From assembly GCF_009914755.1 (NCBI RefSeq), contig NC_060947.1: a stretch of 64,000 nucleotides of DNA. One strand, written 5' to 3'. Below the pieces are notes generated by a model, which was given only the letters and a program-made list of their open reading frames with translations, ran no database searches and was not told where the DNA came from. Every line of letters begins with the position of its first letter. Positions within the stretch are counted from its first letter, which is position 1. The position numbers were made by a program, and so were the translations under genes. Below, piece by piece: positions 22,952-37,624 of the stretch. This DNA is from the human T2T-CHM13v2.0 reference genome, Homo sapiens.

Positions 22952-25900
22952 TGGAGCAGGGAGAGAGCCAAGATGGCTTACTAGATGCACCCACCAAGAG
23001 AGACAAGATCATCAGGTAGACAAACACACTCCAAACAGATCTTCAAAAATAAGGCATTGAGTGTGGACAGAGGGAAGATGCAGGCCCCAGGCTGAAAGTG
23101 AAGGAAGCTGGGAACCCTGCACAAGGTTGCCAAGCACCAGGACATGTTTCTGACACTAAGTGGCGCCTAGAGAAGGGATAAGTGAAATAGGCATAGAGTG
23201 GCCCACTCTTGCCATGAACCTCCAAGATCCCAGGTCCAGGAGACCCCATGACCCCCTTGGACATCTGGTCCAGCAGGGAGAACTGCCTTAAGAGTTGGCA
23301 GAGACAGAACTCCAGCCTGTGTGGAGTCCAGAGGGTTTGGTGCAGGAATGGCTGGCTGCAATGCAGCACAACCATGGGCACTCATCACTCAAGGCTCACC
23401 ATATTCTTCTAGGTGGCTCTAGTCTGTTACCAGCTGCATCCAAACAGAGGAGGGTTGTCTTGCCCATGGGATGGAGGCAGTCTGACCTGAGTAACCCACT
23501 GTCTGCTGGCCTCTCCCAGGGTCCTTGCCTTGCAGCACCTGCTTGCAGGGCAGCCTCAGTTTGCCAGCAGCCACTGCCACAGCTCTTTTGCCAGCAAACC
23601 CCGCCTAACCATCCATGTGCTTTTACAGATTGACTCCCACAAGCACTCACTCACCTGCACATTTCACCCTGCCAGCATTTTTTTGCACCACCAGCAGCAC
23701 TTCCCCACCAGCACACACTTATCCACAGCATCTCCCTGCTCCCTCACCAGCACACACATGGGTAGGGATCCCCACCACCCCACAAGCATGCACATGCAGG
23801 AGCCCCACAGGACCCACTATCATCTCTTCCAGGGCACATGCACACAGGGACCCCTTCCACATCCTGCCAGTGCACGCATGCACACACACACACACACACA
23901 CACACAGACCTGCCACTGCCCTGGTGGCATGCATACACATGGGGACCTCTCACTGCCTCACTGACATGCATGCATGCAGGGGTCTATTGCCATCCCTCCA
24001 GAGGACTCTTGCCAGCAGCCCCCATCAGAGCATCACTGTCAGCAGACTGGGAACACCTTGGCCCTTCCAATGTATCAGGTGCTTAACTCAATGGGCAAGA
24101 GAATAAAGCTGCAGGCCTGTTCCCAGCCCCTCAGGGATAGAGCACATAGCCAGAGTGCTGAGCTGAGACTTGGCTCTCTGGAAGCAGTTAGAAATGAAGC
24201 CAAACAACTAAACCTAAAGTATACTATAGTCAAACCCTCAGGAACATTAAAAAATATGAAAGCAAAAATTTTCATCCAAAAAACAGTAGCTTCAAAGATG
24301 AAATGAGCATCAGCCCACACAGATGAGGAAGAGCCAGTTCAAGAACTCTGGCAACTCAAAAAGCCAGAGTGTCTTCTCGTGACAAAAAAATGACCACACT
24401 TGTTCCCTAGCAATGGTTCTTAACCAGACTGAAATGGCTGAAATGGCAGACATAGAATTCAGAATCTGGATTGCAAGGAAGCTTATCAACATACAGGAGA
24501 AAGTTGAAACCCGATCCAAGGAACACACTAATATGGTCCAAGAGTTGAAAGACAACATAGCCAGTTTGATTTTTAAAAAGAATCAAACTGAACTTCTTGA
24601 AGTGAAAAACTCACTACAGGCATTACAGAACGAAAATGGAAGCATTAATAACAGAATAGACCAAGCTGAGGCAAGAATTTCAGAGCTTGAAGGCTGCCCC
24701 TTTGAATCAATGCAGGCAAACAAAAATAAAGAAAAAATAATTTTTAAAAATGTACAAAACCTCCAAGAAATATGGCATTCTATAAAGAGATCAAACCTAT
24801 GACTCATTGGCATTCCTGAAAAAGATGGAGAGAGAGAGCAAGCAGCTTAGAAAACATATTTGAGGATACTGTCCATGGAAAACTTTCCAACCTTGCTAGA
24901 GAGGTCAACATACAAATTCAAGAAATTCAGAGAACCCTTGTGAGATAACACAAAAGATGACCATACCCAAGACACATAGTCATCAGATTCTCCAAAGTCA
25001 ATGTGAAAGAAAAAATCCTAAAGGCAGCTAGAGAGAAGTAGCAGGTCACTTACAAAGGAAACCCCATCAGGCTAACGGTGGACCTTTCAACAAAAACACT
25101 AGAAGCCAGAAGAGATTGGGGGCCTACATGCAGCATAATTAAAAAAAAATTCTAACCAAGAATTTCTTATCCAGTCAAACAAAGCTTCGTAAGTGAAGGA
25201 GAAATAAAATCCTTTTTAGACAAGCAAATACTAAGGGAGTCCTTTACCACCAGGCCTGCCTTACAAGAAGTTCTTAAGGGAGTGCTACACATAGAAAAAA
25301 AAGACGAACACCTGCCGCCACAAAAACACACTTATGTAGATAGCCCACTGATGTTATAAAGCAACTGTACAATCAAGTCCACATAACAACCAGCTAACAA
25401 CATGATGACAGGTTCAAATCTTGATATATTAATATCAACCCTGAATGTAGACGGGATGAATGCCCCACTTAAAAGACATGGAGTGGCAAGTTGGATAAAG
25501 AAACAAGACACAACTGTATGCTGTCTTCAAGAGACCCATCTCACATGCAATGACATCCATAAGCTCAGCAGATGTAGAAAGATCTATCAAGCAAATTGAA
25601 AACAGAAAAGAGCAGGAGTTGATATTCTTATATCAAATAAAACAGACATTAAACCAACAACAATAAAAAAGGACAAAGAAGGGCATTACATAATGATAAA
25701 AGGTTCAATTCAAAAAGAAGTCTTAACTATCCTAAATATATATGCACCAATACTGGAACACATATATTCATAAAATAAGTTATTAGAGACCTAAGAAAAC
25801 CTTCCTACTATTATTGTGTTGTTATTAGTGAACAACACAATAATAGTGGGAGACTTCAACACCCCATTGACAGTGTTGGATCAACAAGAAATAAAACAAA

Positions 25901-28900
25901 CAAAAATATTCAGGACCTAAACTCAATGCCTGACCAAATGGACTTAACAGACATGTACAGAATACACCACTCAACAACAATAGAGTATACATTCTCATCT
26001 GCACACAGCACATACTTTAAGATTGCCTGCACACTTGGCCATAAAGCAATTCTCAACTAATTTTTAAAAACTGTAATCATGCCAACCACACTCTCAGACC
26101 ACAGTGCAATAAAAATAGAAATCAATACCAGTAGATCTCTCAAAACCATACAAGTACATGTAAATTAATCAACCTGTTTATGAATGACTTTTCAGTAAAC
26201 AATGAAATTAACACAGAAATTTTAAAAAAATCTTTGATACTAATAAAAACAAAGATACAACATACCAGAATCTCTGGGCCATAGCTAAAGCAGAGTTAAG
26301 AGGAAAGTTTATAGCACTAACCACCTACATCAAGAAGTTAGAAACGTATCAAATTAAAAACCTCATGTCACACCTAGAGGAACTAGAAAAACAAGAGCTA
26401 GCCAAAGATAGCAGAAGAAAAGAAATAACCAAAGTCGGAGATGAAGTGAATGAAATTGAGACATTAAAACCCATACAAAGGGTCAATGAAACTAAGAGTT
26501 GGTTCTTAGGAACAATAAATAAGATTGATAGACTGCCATGTACATGAATAAGGGAAAAAAGAGAGATCCAAATAAACACAATAAGAAAAGACAAAGGGGA
26601 CATTACCATCAACCTTACAGAAATACAAAAAAAAAAAAGCCCTCAGAGGCTATTACAAACACCTCCATAAAACACAAACTAGAAAACCTACAAGAAATGA
26701 ATAAATTCCTGGTAACATACAGTCTCCCAAGATTGAACCAGGAAAAAAAAAAATTGAAACCCTGAAAAGATCAATAACCAGTTCCAAAATTGAATCAGTA
26801 ATAAAAAAACCTACCAACCAGAAAAAGCCCCAGAACAGATGGATTCACAGCCAAATTCTACCAGAGGCATAAAGAAGGGCTGGTACCAATCCTACTGAAA
26901 CTATTCCAAAAAATTGAGGAGGAGGGACTCCTCTTGAACGCATTCTATGAGGCCAGAATCATCCTGATACCAAAACCTGGCAGAAACACAATGAAAAGAG
27001 AAAACTTCAGATCACTATCCCTGATGAATATAAATGCAAAACTCCTGGACAAAATACTAGCAAATCTAATCCAGCAGCACATCCAAAAGCTATTCCACTA
27101 TGAACAAGTAGGCTTTATCTCTGAGATGAAAGATTGTTTCAACATAGACAAGTTAATAAATGTGATTAATCACATATAGGGGACTAAAAACAAAACCCAC
27201 ATGATCATCTCAATAAATGCAGAAAAGGTTTTCAATAAAATTCAACATCATTTCATGCTAAAAACCCTCAACAAACTCAGCATCGAAGGAACATACCTCA
27301 AAATAATAAGAGCCATCTATGATGAACCCACAGCCAACATCATACTGAATAGGCAAAAGCTAGAAACATTCCTCCTTAGAACTGGAACAAGAAAAAAATA
27401 TCCAGTCTCAGCACTTCTATTCAATATAGTACTGGAAGTCATAGCCAGAGCAATAAGGCAAGAGAAAGAAATAAAAGGCATCCAGATAGGAAGAGATGAA
27501 GTCAAACTATCTCTTTTTGCAGATGATATGATTCTATACAGAGAAGACTCCATAATCTCTGCCCAAAGGCTCCTAGAACTGATAAGCAGCTTCAGTAAAG
27601 TTTCAGTATACAAAATCTGCATAAAAATCATTAGTATTTCTATACACCAACATTGTCCAATCTGAGAGCCAAATCGAGAATGCAGTGCCATTCACAATAG
27701 CCACAAAAAAATAAAATACCTAAGAATACAGCTAACCAGGGAAGTCAATGATCTCTATAATAAAAATTACAAAACACTACTCAAAGAAATCAGAGGACAC
27801 AAACAAATGAGAAAAATTTCTATGCTCATGGATAGGAAGAATCAACATTGTTAAAATGGCCATGCTGCCCAAAGCAAGTTATAGATTCAATGCTATTCCT
27901 ATCAAACTGCCAATGTCATTTTTTACAGATTAGAAAAAAAACTATTCAAAATTCACATGTAACCAAAAATAGCTCAAATAGCAAAGGCAATCCTAAGCAA
28001 AAAGAACAAAGCTGGAGGAATCACATTATCCAATTTCAAACTGTACTACAAGGCCACAGTAACCATAATAGCACGGAATTGGTACAAAAATAGACACATA
28101 GACCAATTGAACAGGTTATAAATCCCAGAAATAAAGCTGCACATCTACAACCATCTGATTTTTTACAAAGTTGACAATAACAAACAATGGGGAAAGGACT
28201 CCCTATTCAATAACTGATGCTGGGATAACTAGCTAGCCATATGCAGAATATTAAAACTGGACCCCTTTCTTTCACCACATACAAAAATTAACTGAAGATG
28301 GATTGAAGACTTAAATGTAAGACCTAAAACTATAGAAACCCTAGGAAAAAAACCTAGGAAATATCATTCTGGACATAGGCCTTGGCAAAGATTTCATGAT
28401 GAAGATGCCAAAAGCAATTGCAACAAAAACAAAAATAGACAATTGGGACCTAATTAAACTAAACAGCTTCTGCACAACAAAAGAAACTTTCAACAGACTA
28501 AACAGACAACCTACAGAATGGGAAAAAAATTTGCAAGCTACGCATATGACGAAGGTCTAATATCCATAATCTATAAGCAACTTAAATCAGTAAGAAAAAA
28601 ACAAACAACCCTATTAAAAATGGGCAAAGTACATGAACAGACACTTCTCAAAAGAAGACATACATGCAGCCAACAAACACATGAAAATAATTCTCCACAT
28701 CACTAATCATTAGAGAAATTCAAATCAAACTACAATGAGATACCATGTCACACCAGTCAGAATGGCTATTATTAAAAAGTCAGAAAATAACAGATATTGG
28801 TGAGATTGTGGAGAAAAAGGAACACTTATACACTTATATACTGGTAGGAATGTAAATTATTTCAGCCACTATAGAAAGCGGTTTGGAGAATTCTCAAAGA

Positions 28901-29478
28901 ACTTCAAAAAGAAATATCATTTGAACCAGCAATACCATTACTGGATATATACCCAAAGGAATATACATTGTTTTACCAAAAAGACATATGCACTCATATG
29001 TTCACTGCAACACTGTTCACAATAGAAAATACATGGAATCAACCTAGATGCCCATCAGTAGTGAAATGGATAAAGAAAATATGGTACATATACACCATGG
29101 AGTACTACACAACCATTAAAAAAAGCAATCCTGTCCTTTGCAGCAATATGGATGGAGCTGGAGGCCATTATTCTAAGCAAACTAACACAGGAACAGAAAA
29201 CCAAATACTGCACATTCTCACTTATAATTGGAAGGTAAACATTGAGTTCACATGAACACAAAGAGGGGAACAATAGACACCAGGGTGTACTTGAGGGTGG
29301 AGGTTAGGAGGAGGGTGAGGGTTGAAAATCTACCTATCAGGTACTATGCTCACTACCTGGGTAATGAAATCATTTGTATACCAAACCCCAGTGACACAAA
29401 ATTTGCCGATGTAACAAATCTGCATATGTACCCCCTGAACCTAAAATAAAAGTTGAAGAAGAAGAAAAGTAAATGAAA
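22952..29478 (+). mobile_element. Full-length decayed L1 (L1PA15/16-like)
   Basis: GCCAAGATGGC 5' start; ORF1 remnants 24300-25330; ORF2 start MMTGSN..LNVDGMNAPLKRH at 25402; FADDMILY in 27201-27665; 3'UTR ending CCTGAACCTAAAATAAAAGTT. Confidence 0.92.
23700..23995 (+). repeat. Degenerate ~35-bp tandem array with (CA)n inside the L1 5'UTR
   Basis: Recurring GCA(C/T)(A/G)CACA..GGGACCC..CC units; CA run at 23881-23906. Confidence 0.6.
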
Positions 29479-29975
29479 AAAGAAATTGCCTAAGCATTTT
29501 ATTAGAGATGTGAATTATTTTTCAAAAGATTTTGAAATATATTAGGTTAAAATATTTTTTCTTAGACCAAGTCTGGTTCAATTTTTCTTTCTCAGATTCT
29601 GCTTTTGAAGGAAACAATCATAAAGGAACTGGTTTTGTTAGAAAAATATCTGAATATATTTTTGTGCTAAATTTATTAATTGAATTTCTTGCTTAGTCAA
29701 ATTTTATATTTAATACAGATAGCAGGAATGGGAGCTGGGCTGAATTAATACAATACAGCCCTCTCAATAGAGCTGGGAAATATATGTATGTATGCTAACC
29801 CATGTATACATATTTATCTACCTTTCTGTATCTATCTATATGTATATTAAATATGAATTTATACTGATGTCTCCAACTCTAATCCAGCAACACAGGGTAT
29901 ATTCTGGTCCTCCCTTTTTGCTTATTTATAACTTATTTCCATGACACTGAGAATTCTGGCTCTTATTATCTACTA

Positions 29976-30223
29976 TAAGGGTCAGCAAACTTTTCATGTA
30001 AAGAGATAGTTTTTCCTGTAAAAGTAAATATTTTAGGCTTTGGGGGCCATAATGTCTCTATCACAACTCCTCAGCTTTGAATTTTTTAATAATTTTCATG
30101 TATTATAAAGTATAATTTTTCTATTGATTTTTTTAGCCATTCAATAATGAAAAAAAAAGTTTTTTTGTGGGCCATAGAAAAATAAGCTAAATTTGGCCCA
30201 CAGTCCATAGTATGCCAATCCCT
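29976..30223. mobile_element. hAT MITE MER58-like, within old L1MC sequence
   Basis: AGGGGTCAGCAAACTTTT ... TTTGGCCCACAGTCCATAGTATGCCAATCCC termini. Confidence 0.75.
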
Positions 30224-30425
30224 ATTCTACAGTACACTTATTTGTTCACTGTAGTGCTTACATAGTTTCAGAATTGCTAATCCATATCCCATGCTAGACA
30301 AGTTTACCAACTAAAGCACAGTGTTTGTACACGGTACTTTTTGCCTTTATCCTTACAGTCAAAACACTATATTACAAAGTTATCAGGTCTGCTCCTTTCT
30401 TCCTCATTTGCATCAATATAATAAC

Positions 30426-30680
30426 GTTATGGGGCACAGGACTACCCCAAAATGTGGCACCTTGGCATTTGAGAAAGTAGCAGGAGCAGGAAGGTCTCTC
30501 AAGCCTTCCCTTGTCCTTCTCCCCTGAGGCAGATTATAAGACCTAGGAAGGATTTTCTGAGCTGTCCCTGAAGCAGGTTATAAGACCAACATTCCAAAGG
30601 TGCCCTCTCTTATCTTCAGAGATAAGGAAAAGAACATTCTTATCTCTGAAGACGCAGGGACAGAGAAGACTCTCACATGA
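30426..30680 (+). mobile_element. ERV1 LTR 5' fragment (MER34/MER39 group)
   Basis: TACCCCAAAATGTGGCACCTTGGCATTTGAGAAAG..CCTGAAGCAGG; similar to 8302-8450. Confidence 0.6.
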
Positions 30681-30948
30681 GAGGAAGTCTACACTTGCTC
30701 ATTTAACCATTTCTGGCAGTGTTGGAGGTTAAGCCACATTTTTTTCTGTGGTATTTTGGTAGAGGAGCTATTTTCTAATAATAAATATTTTCTATCTATC
30801 CATCTAGGTTGCTCCTCTCCTGGCTCTTAGGCTAGATAGACTATAGAAAGTAGGATTTCTTGTTGTTGTTGTTGTTTTCCCTTGGTGTTTGCCTATTGAT
30901 GTTTCTGAGTTGCTGGCTTCTCCAGTGCCCGGTTTGGAAAATATGTGT

Positions 30949-30951
<3 letters not shown>

Positions 30952-30996
<45 letters not shown>
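30952..30996. repeat. (CA)n microsatellite, ~22 units
   Basis: Perfect AC run. Confidence 0.97.
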
Positions 30997-30997
<1 letters not shown>

Positions 30998-31284
30998 TTC
31001 ACCACTAATCACTCCTTTGATCCTGAAGTTGCTAGCTTGTCTGACTTCTTTCCACCTTTCAGAGTAGTACACATCTATTTCTCCCCTGCTGACCTTGGTA
31101 CTTAGGTTTTCATACATTTTGCTTTAATTTATGCTATAAATCTCAGGCTACATTCTTATTATTTTTGAAGAGTAAGTTATCCTTTAAAGAGATTTAAATA
31201 ATGAGGAAAAGGTGTTACATATTTACCCATGTAGTCACCATTCTGATGATTCTTCATCTTTTGTGGAGATCAATATTTGCATCC

Positions 31285-32370
31285 TACCCAAGACTTCTTG
31301 TTATCTGTCTTTTTTATTATAGCCATGCTAGTAAGTATAAAGTAGTATCTCATTGTGGTTTTGATTTGCATTTCCCTAATGGCTAACAATGTTGAGTATC
31401 TTTTCATGTGTTTGTTGGCCATTTATGTATCTTTTCAGAAAACTATTTGTTCATATAATTTGTCCATTTTTCAATTGAGTTATCTTTTTATCATTGAATG
31501 GTAAGTATCCTGAATACAAATCCATTATCAAATATAAGATTTGAAAATATTTCCTCCCATTTGTGGTTGCCTTTTCATTTTCTTCATAGTATTCTTTCAG
31601 GGACTAAAGTTTTACATTTTGATGATGTCCATTTTATCTATGTTTTCTTTTGTTGCTTGTACTTTTGTTTTCATGTCTAAAAATTTTTGCCTAGCCTAAG
31701 GTCATGAAGATTTGCTCCTATATTTTCTTCTAAAAGTTGTATAATTTTAATTTAGGTCTAAGATCAGATTTAATTTTCTTGTGTGGATTTAGGAGAGTGT
31801 TCTTCTTCCTTCTTTTATGTGTGAATATTCAATTATACCACCACCATTTATTCAAGAACTATTTTCCCCTATTGCATTGTCTTGGCATCTTTTGACCATA
31901 AATGTGAGAGTTTATTTCTGGACCCTCAATTCTATTTAGTTTATTTATACTTCTATCTTTTTGCCAGTACCATGCTGTCTTGATTACTGGAGTTTTGTGG
32001 TAAGTTTTGAAATCAGAAAGTGTGAATTCTCCAAATTTGTTTTTATTTGTCAAGTTTTTATTTATTTATTTATTTTAGCTATACTGGGCCCTGTGAATTT
32101 CCTCATTGATTTTAGAATCAGCTCTTCAATTTCTGCAAAGAAGCCTGGTGAAATGTTGCTAGTAATTGTGTGGATCTGTAATCGATTTGGGAAGTATGTC
32201 TATGTTAATAATATTAAGTCTTTTTATCCATGAACATAGAGTTTTTTCATCTATTTAGGTCTTCTTTAACTTCTTTTAACAATATTTCGTAGTTTTCAGA
32301 ATACAAGTTTTGCACTTCTTTTGTTAAATTTATTCCTAAGCACATTGTTCTTTTGGGTCCTATTGAAATG
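31285..32370 (-). mobile_element. Old L1M ORF2/3' fragment
   Basis: ORF 31859-32053 [24 protein letters not shown] is L1 ORF2-like. Confidence 0.8.
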
Positions 32371-32711
32371 TGAATACAACCTTATTTTCTTCCCTCTTTG
32401 TATGACTTGTCTTTTTTTTATTGGATGTCATAAATTGTTAATTTTACCTTGCCGGGTGCTGGATATCTTTGTATTCCTATAAATCTTCTTGAAAATTTTT
32501 CTCTTCATAGAGTTAAGTTACTTGGAAACATTTTGGTCATTTCAGATTCTGCTTTCAGATTTGTTAGGTGGGCCTGGAACACTGGTCAGTTTAGGACTAC
32601 TGCCCATTATTGAGGTTAGACCCTTCTGTGTACTGTATTTAACCCCCCATGAATCTTAGTTACTTATTTATTCATTTATTTGCTTACTTACTTATTTCTT
32701 TACTTAATTAG

Positions 32712-32830
32712 TAACAACAGGGTCTTGCTATGTTGCCCAATCTGGTCTTGAACTCCTGGCCTCAAGCAATCTTCCCACCTCCACCTCCCCAAAGCACTGG
32801 GGTTATAGGAATGAGCCACTGCACCCAGCT
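32712..32830 (-). mobile_element. Alu monomer (FLAM-like)
   Basis: GGGTCTTGCTATGTTGCCC..GAACTCCTGGCCTCAAGCAATC..GAGCCACTGCACCCAGC. Confidence 0.85.
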
Positions 32831-33239
32831 TAAATCCTATGAATCTTGAGGTAAAGCACTATTTCTGGCCCTTTGGGAGCATTTTTTTTCTCTAATCCTT
32901 TCATCTGATTCTTTCTCCATCCTCAGGTAATTTTCTCACACACGTACTAATTGATACTCAGTGGGGAACACTCTGCACTGGAATTCTTTTCCTAGAGTTC
33001 TCTTACAGCCCTATCCTTTCTGGCACTCTGTCCTACCAACTCTAGGCCACTTTGTTCTCCAAGATTCTCAGCTCCTCTTAAATTCAGTGCGTCTGTGGAC
33101 TCTTCGTGATCCCCCTCTCTGTGTCATGGACTAGAAATTCTCTGAAGATAATTATAGTGCTCTCTTCATTTGTCTCCCTTCTCTCAGGGTCACTGTCCTT
33201 CACCTTCTCAGACTAATGTAAAATCAAGATGTCACTAGC

Positions 33240-33366
33240 TTGGTTCCATGACCCACCATGGATAATAAAATCTACAGATGCTTGGGCCTCTACTATGAAG
33301 TGGCATGGTATTCAACCATAACCTATGCACATCCTTCTGTATACTTTAAATCATTTCTAGATTACT
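33240..33366. mobile_element. MER2-like Tigger MITE fragment
   Basis: ATAACCTATGCACATCCTTCTGTATACTTTAAATCATTTCTAGATTACT. Confidence 0.7.
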
Positions 33367-34075
33367 TTTTGGTTGTATTTTTCTAAATTTGAGGTCTGAA
33401 CTCGAAGGAAGGTGATGTCATAATAGTTTTCAGATGGGAGTACAATGTGAGGATAAGAAACTTCCAGAGAGTAGCAACACCATGTAACAACCATAACAGA
33501 ATTGTTTCATAATAAACATTCAGGAATTTAGTTCTTTATGTCACTTTGCTTAGAGTTGTCTCTAGTCATGGAATTCCCAAAAGTAGATAGAAACCTAAAA
33601 ATTAACAGACTCTTTTGAGAATGCACAGTCAGGGTGGGTGAGGCAAAAATCATTTGCCATCTGGGTAGAATATGCTGAAAGCAAATGATAACTTTTTATT
33701 GTCTCACATTTAGAACAGACATTACTCTAAAGACCCTTTTATTTTGTCTTCTGAGCTACCAGTGTCTTCTCTCACTTAAATATAAAATTTGTTAATAAAA
33801 AAAATTCATATACAATCACACTAAAAAATAACAGATTATAACTTAATTTAAAAATGTAAGCTGTAGCTTTTAACTTTTCTAAACACATAAGAATTTTTTT
33901 CTATAGTGTCAACTATATTTAAATATAAATGAGAATACATAAATGAAAACTATTGTTTGGTGACCAATTACTTTTGCTGTTTTCATCTTTATTCACTTAG
34001 ATTTCTTTAACAATTTTCCAGATAACCTAAGATTATTTTTTAATGACACCAATATAATACTTAGAGAAGACTTTA

Positions 34076-34443
<368 letters not shown>

Positions 34444-35259
34444 TCACTGTTGATATTAAAAAAACTTCCCAGAAAAGTATAACACCCTGAAATTTCACCT
34501 GGTACAAGTTAAGTAATTCTTGGGTTCACATAATTTGAAACTGTGCTTGGAGTTTACAAGAACAACAATAGCAAAAAATCATAAGGATATTAGTTATTGT
34601 AAATCAATTTAGTTGAACATCCATGTTTAAATTTACATGTCCTAAAATTTTTGTATCAGTAATGATTATTTATCTGACCCCATAAGACAAGTATAGAAAA
34701 GTTCCAGTTAACCAGACACTTTTGTAAGAAAATAAAATCAAGTACTGTATATATAAAGTACTTTATATTATATTCTACACTGTGATAAAGTAAGAAAGAA
34801 AACATGTAACTATCTTTTAAAACAAATCTATCAAAACAGTTTAATTTGCCCATGACTTACTATAACTAAAAGTAATAAAAGAACCTTTATAATCCTCTCA
34901 TATTTATCAGAAAAGATTAAAACTATTTTAATTTTGCTTTAAAGTCATCATTTAGAATAGTTTCTTAAAACTGGCCTTATACCAATGTATCAATGCTCAT
35001 TTCTTTGTTTCTTATCATAGTAACCTAAAGTTCACCCATATACCTAAAACTTAATTGTTCCCTTTTAGGCACAGTTTTTTTGTTTCTTCCTTTTTGTCTA
35101 TGCATTCTTGAGACTATTTATTCTAAAATTATATGAACTTAGTTCCTAGACCAGTTACAATATGAGCTCCATTAAATGTGATAAATTTAGCAATATTGTT
35201 CATTTCCATCCAGATTCGTCAATTTAGTTCCACAAAAATGTATAACTAAGGAGGGAGAT

Positions 35260-35623
35260 CCCTTTATGCTCTACCTAGATCCTACCTCAGGGAAAGATTT
35301 GCCTCAGCTTCTGGGAGAGATGTCAAAGATGTGTCAGCCAAAGGTAGCCACAAATTTCCCCCACTACCCTGATCCAAATGGAGATGGCAATGTCCAGACC
35401 TCTCTACCCAAAAAGGAACAACTCTGAAGAGCTATTTTAACTGTAGAGTGCCACCATAGGGTTGCCCCAAATCTTTGTTAGGCTGGCACTGCAGGTTGGC
35501 CTTCTCCCTCTGCTCATGCTTATTTAAACCTCTTACCTCCCACAGGTGTTGATCCCTTCATAAATATTATGCATGCTAAGCCCTATCTCAAGGTCTACAT
35601 CCAGGAGAACCCAACCTGCAACA
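35260..35623 (+). mobile_element. Old ERVL LTR (LTR16/33-group)
   Basis: GGACAACTCTGAAG..CTTCTCCCTCTGC..GAGAACCCAACCTGCAACA. Confidence 0.6.
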
Positions 35624-37624
35624 TTAAGTAAGTAAATAGTTTGCCTTTGATAACATTATTTATATCTCCAGAGTTGGTTCTATCTCTGCCTATTCTAGCC
35701 AATCCCTCAGTCACTGTGCCCAGCACAGGAAACTGTCTTTCTCTTTAATGTCACAGAAGAAGATAGGATATTTTTGTGATATTAGTTGAACAGATTTTCC
35801 ATTGCTTCTTCATCTCAAAATGGACCTGTCTGTTTGAACTCATGTTTTCATGGTGCACACAAATGACCAATTCCTGTGATCAATTACCTTTAAGTTTCCA
35901 GAGATATTTTAAGCAAACAGGCAGTTGTGTATCTAGAATCTCTCTGACCACAAACACAAAGAATTATAAATGACTGTTTATAGACATAGGCCAACATGTG
36001 AAAAATTGCTGGGCAAATTATACAATTTTAGCTAAAAGAAAAATGAAAATAAGACACAAAATCCCTATGGAAGAAACACAAAATAACTTCCTGCAACCAA
36101 AAGAAATAATCGATTATTTGCCCACTATATCTTTTCTAGGGGCTTTTGTCATCCCTTAGTAATATAATTGCTGACCAAAAGCCTATGGTACCACACCCGA
36201 ATCTCCTTTCCTCCAGTCTTATGACATCCTTCAGACATCAAATGACATTTCCAGGCATTCGTGGGAGAAGCAGGGGTGGTGACATTTATTGTAACTGTCC
36301 AAAACATGAGAACACCCAGTACTCTAGCTCCAAACTTTCTCTAAAAGTTTTCACCATGAGATTTTGAAAAGCAAAAGCTCTAAAATTGAGTCCAATTTCT
36401 ATGTCTCATTAAAACAGTCAGTGGCAGTAGCTGCAGAATAGTAAAGCCACGGAGATCTGAAGTTTTCAGTGTCATTCTTGGTTTGGTGTTACTTGACTCA
36501 GAGCTGTTCTTACTTCACTCTAGTGAGTACCAAGATAGTGACTTGAGCCATCTTGGTAGTGCCTCCAAATTCTTAAGGAAAATATATATAACAAATTCAT
36601 TATTTCAAAGTTTTATTTTAAGTTTGATGCAAGAGACTAAGCCTCTAACTCAGACAAGTGAAATATTTCACTCTTAGTGGAGACACAGGAAAAAAGACTG
36701 ATTGGAAAAAGAAATCATTGTTAGAAAGAGTAAAAAATGAAAAAGAATGTTTGTTTAAAGATATTTAGACTGCTGCTAGATACATAACTGAGTAGGTAGT
36801 AAATAATATCACCAATTTTTTAAAATTTGTAGATAGGTTTAGCAGAACAACCCCCAGGCAAATTATCAGGCATAACAATGACTGCTCTGAAGGAGGCTGG
36901 TAATTACATCACACTGGGTTTGAGTCATTTTTTTCCCTTACTCATCTGTAATCTAAATTATGTTACCCTTCAAGATCTAGCTCAATACTTCCTTTGGAAA
37001 TAGAAATGGCATTCCAGGGTGAAGGTGGAGGACAGGAGCAGGGAAGTATGGTTGGGAACATGAATACACAAAAATATAGAAGAAAAAGCAGTATGATAAT
37101 GCAGAAGTCAGGATGAGATCCACCTAACTCAGGTGGACACTGCTTACTAGAGACACAGGAGGAAAATATTCCAGAGATAAATGAAAAATTATATGGAGTC
37201 CTCATATTTTTTCAAGTGGGAGAACTAAGGTTGTTTGCTTTCTCATTCATATTTACCAGGTTACTGACTGTGCAAGAACCCTTTGATCACGTACCTTACA
37301 GACCAAGATAAGTGAGGATGCCCATGTATAACCTGCTGTCTTTCTGGTCTCTTATGTTTTTGTACCAGAAAGGGACAACTTTTTGGGTAACCATAGGTCT
37401 CTAGTATATCTGTGATTACAATAAAGATTTTTGATATACCAAAACTGATGAACCAAAATTCCACTGAAATAGCGAGTAAATGGAGTTCTTTTATCCTTTG
37501 CAGTATACCAGGGTGAACTTTTTACATGATTTCTTGCTCCAAAGGGAGAAGTGTTATGACAAAGTACATTTAAGGACCCTAACTGATCACAGAAAAAATA
37601 TTAATGGCATTGGGAAAAAAATGC

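Noticed and set aside
23043-24306. Dense overlapping ORFs of up to 163 aa
   Set aside because: GC/CA-rich L1 5'UTR repeats with few stop codons.
24413-29255. ORF1/ORF2 pieces suggesting an active retroelement or a novel RT system
   Set aside because: Ordinary L1 with many stops and frameshifts; the same applies to 9926-15105.
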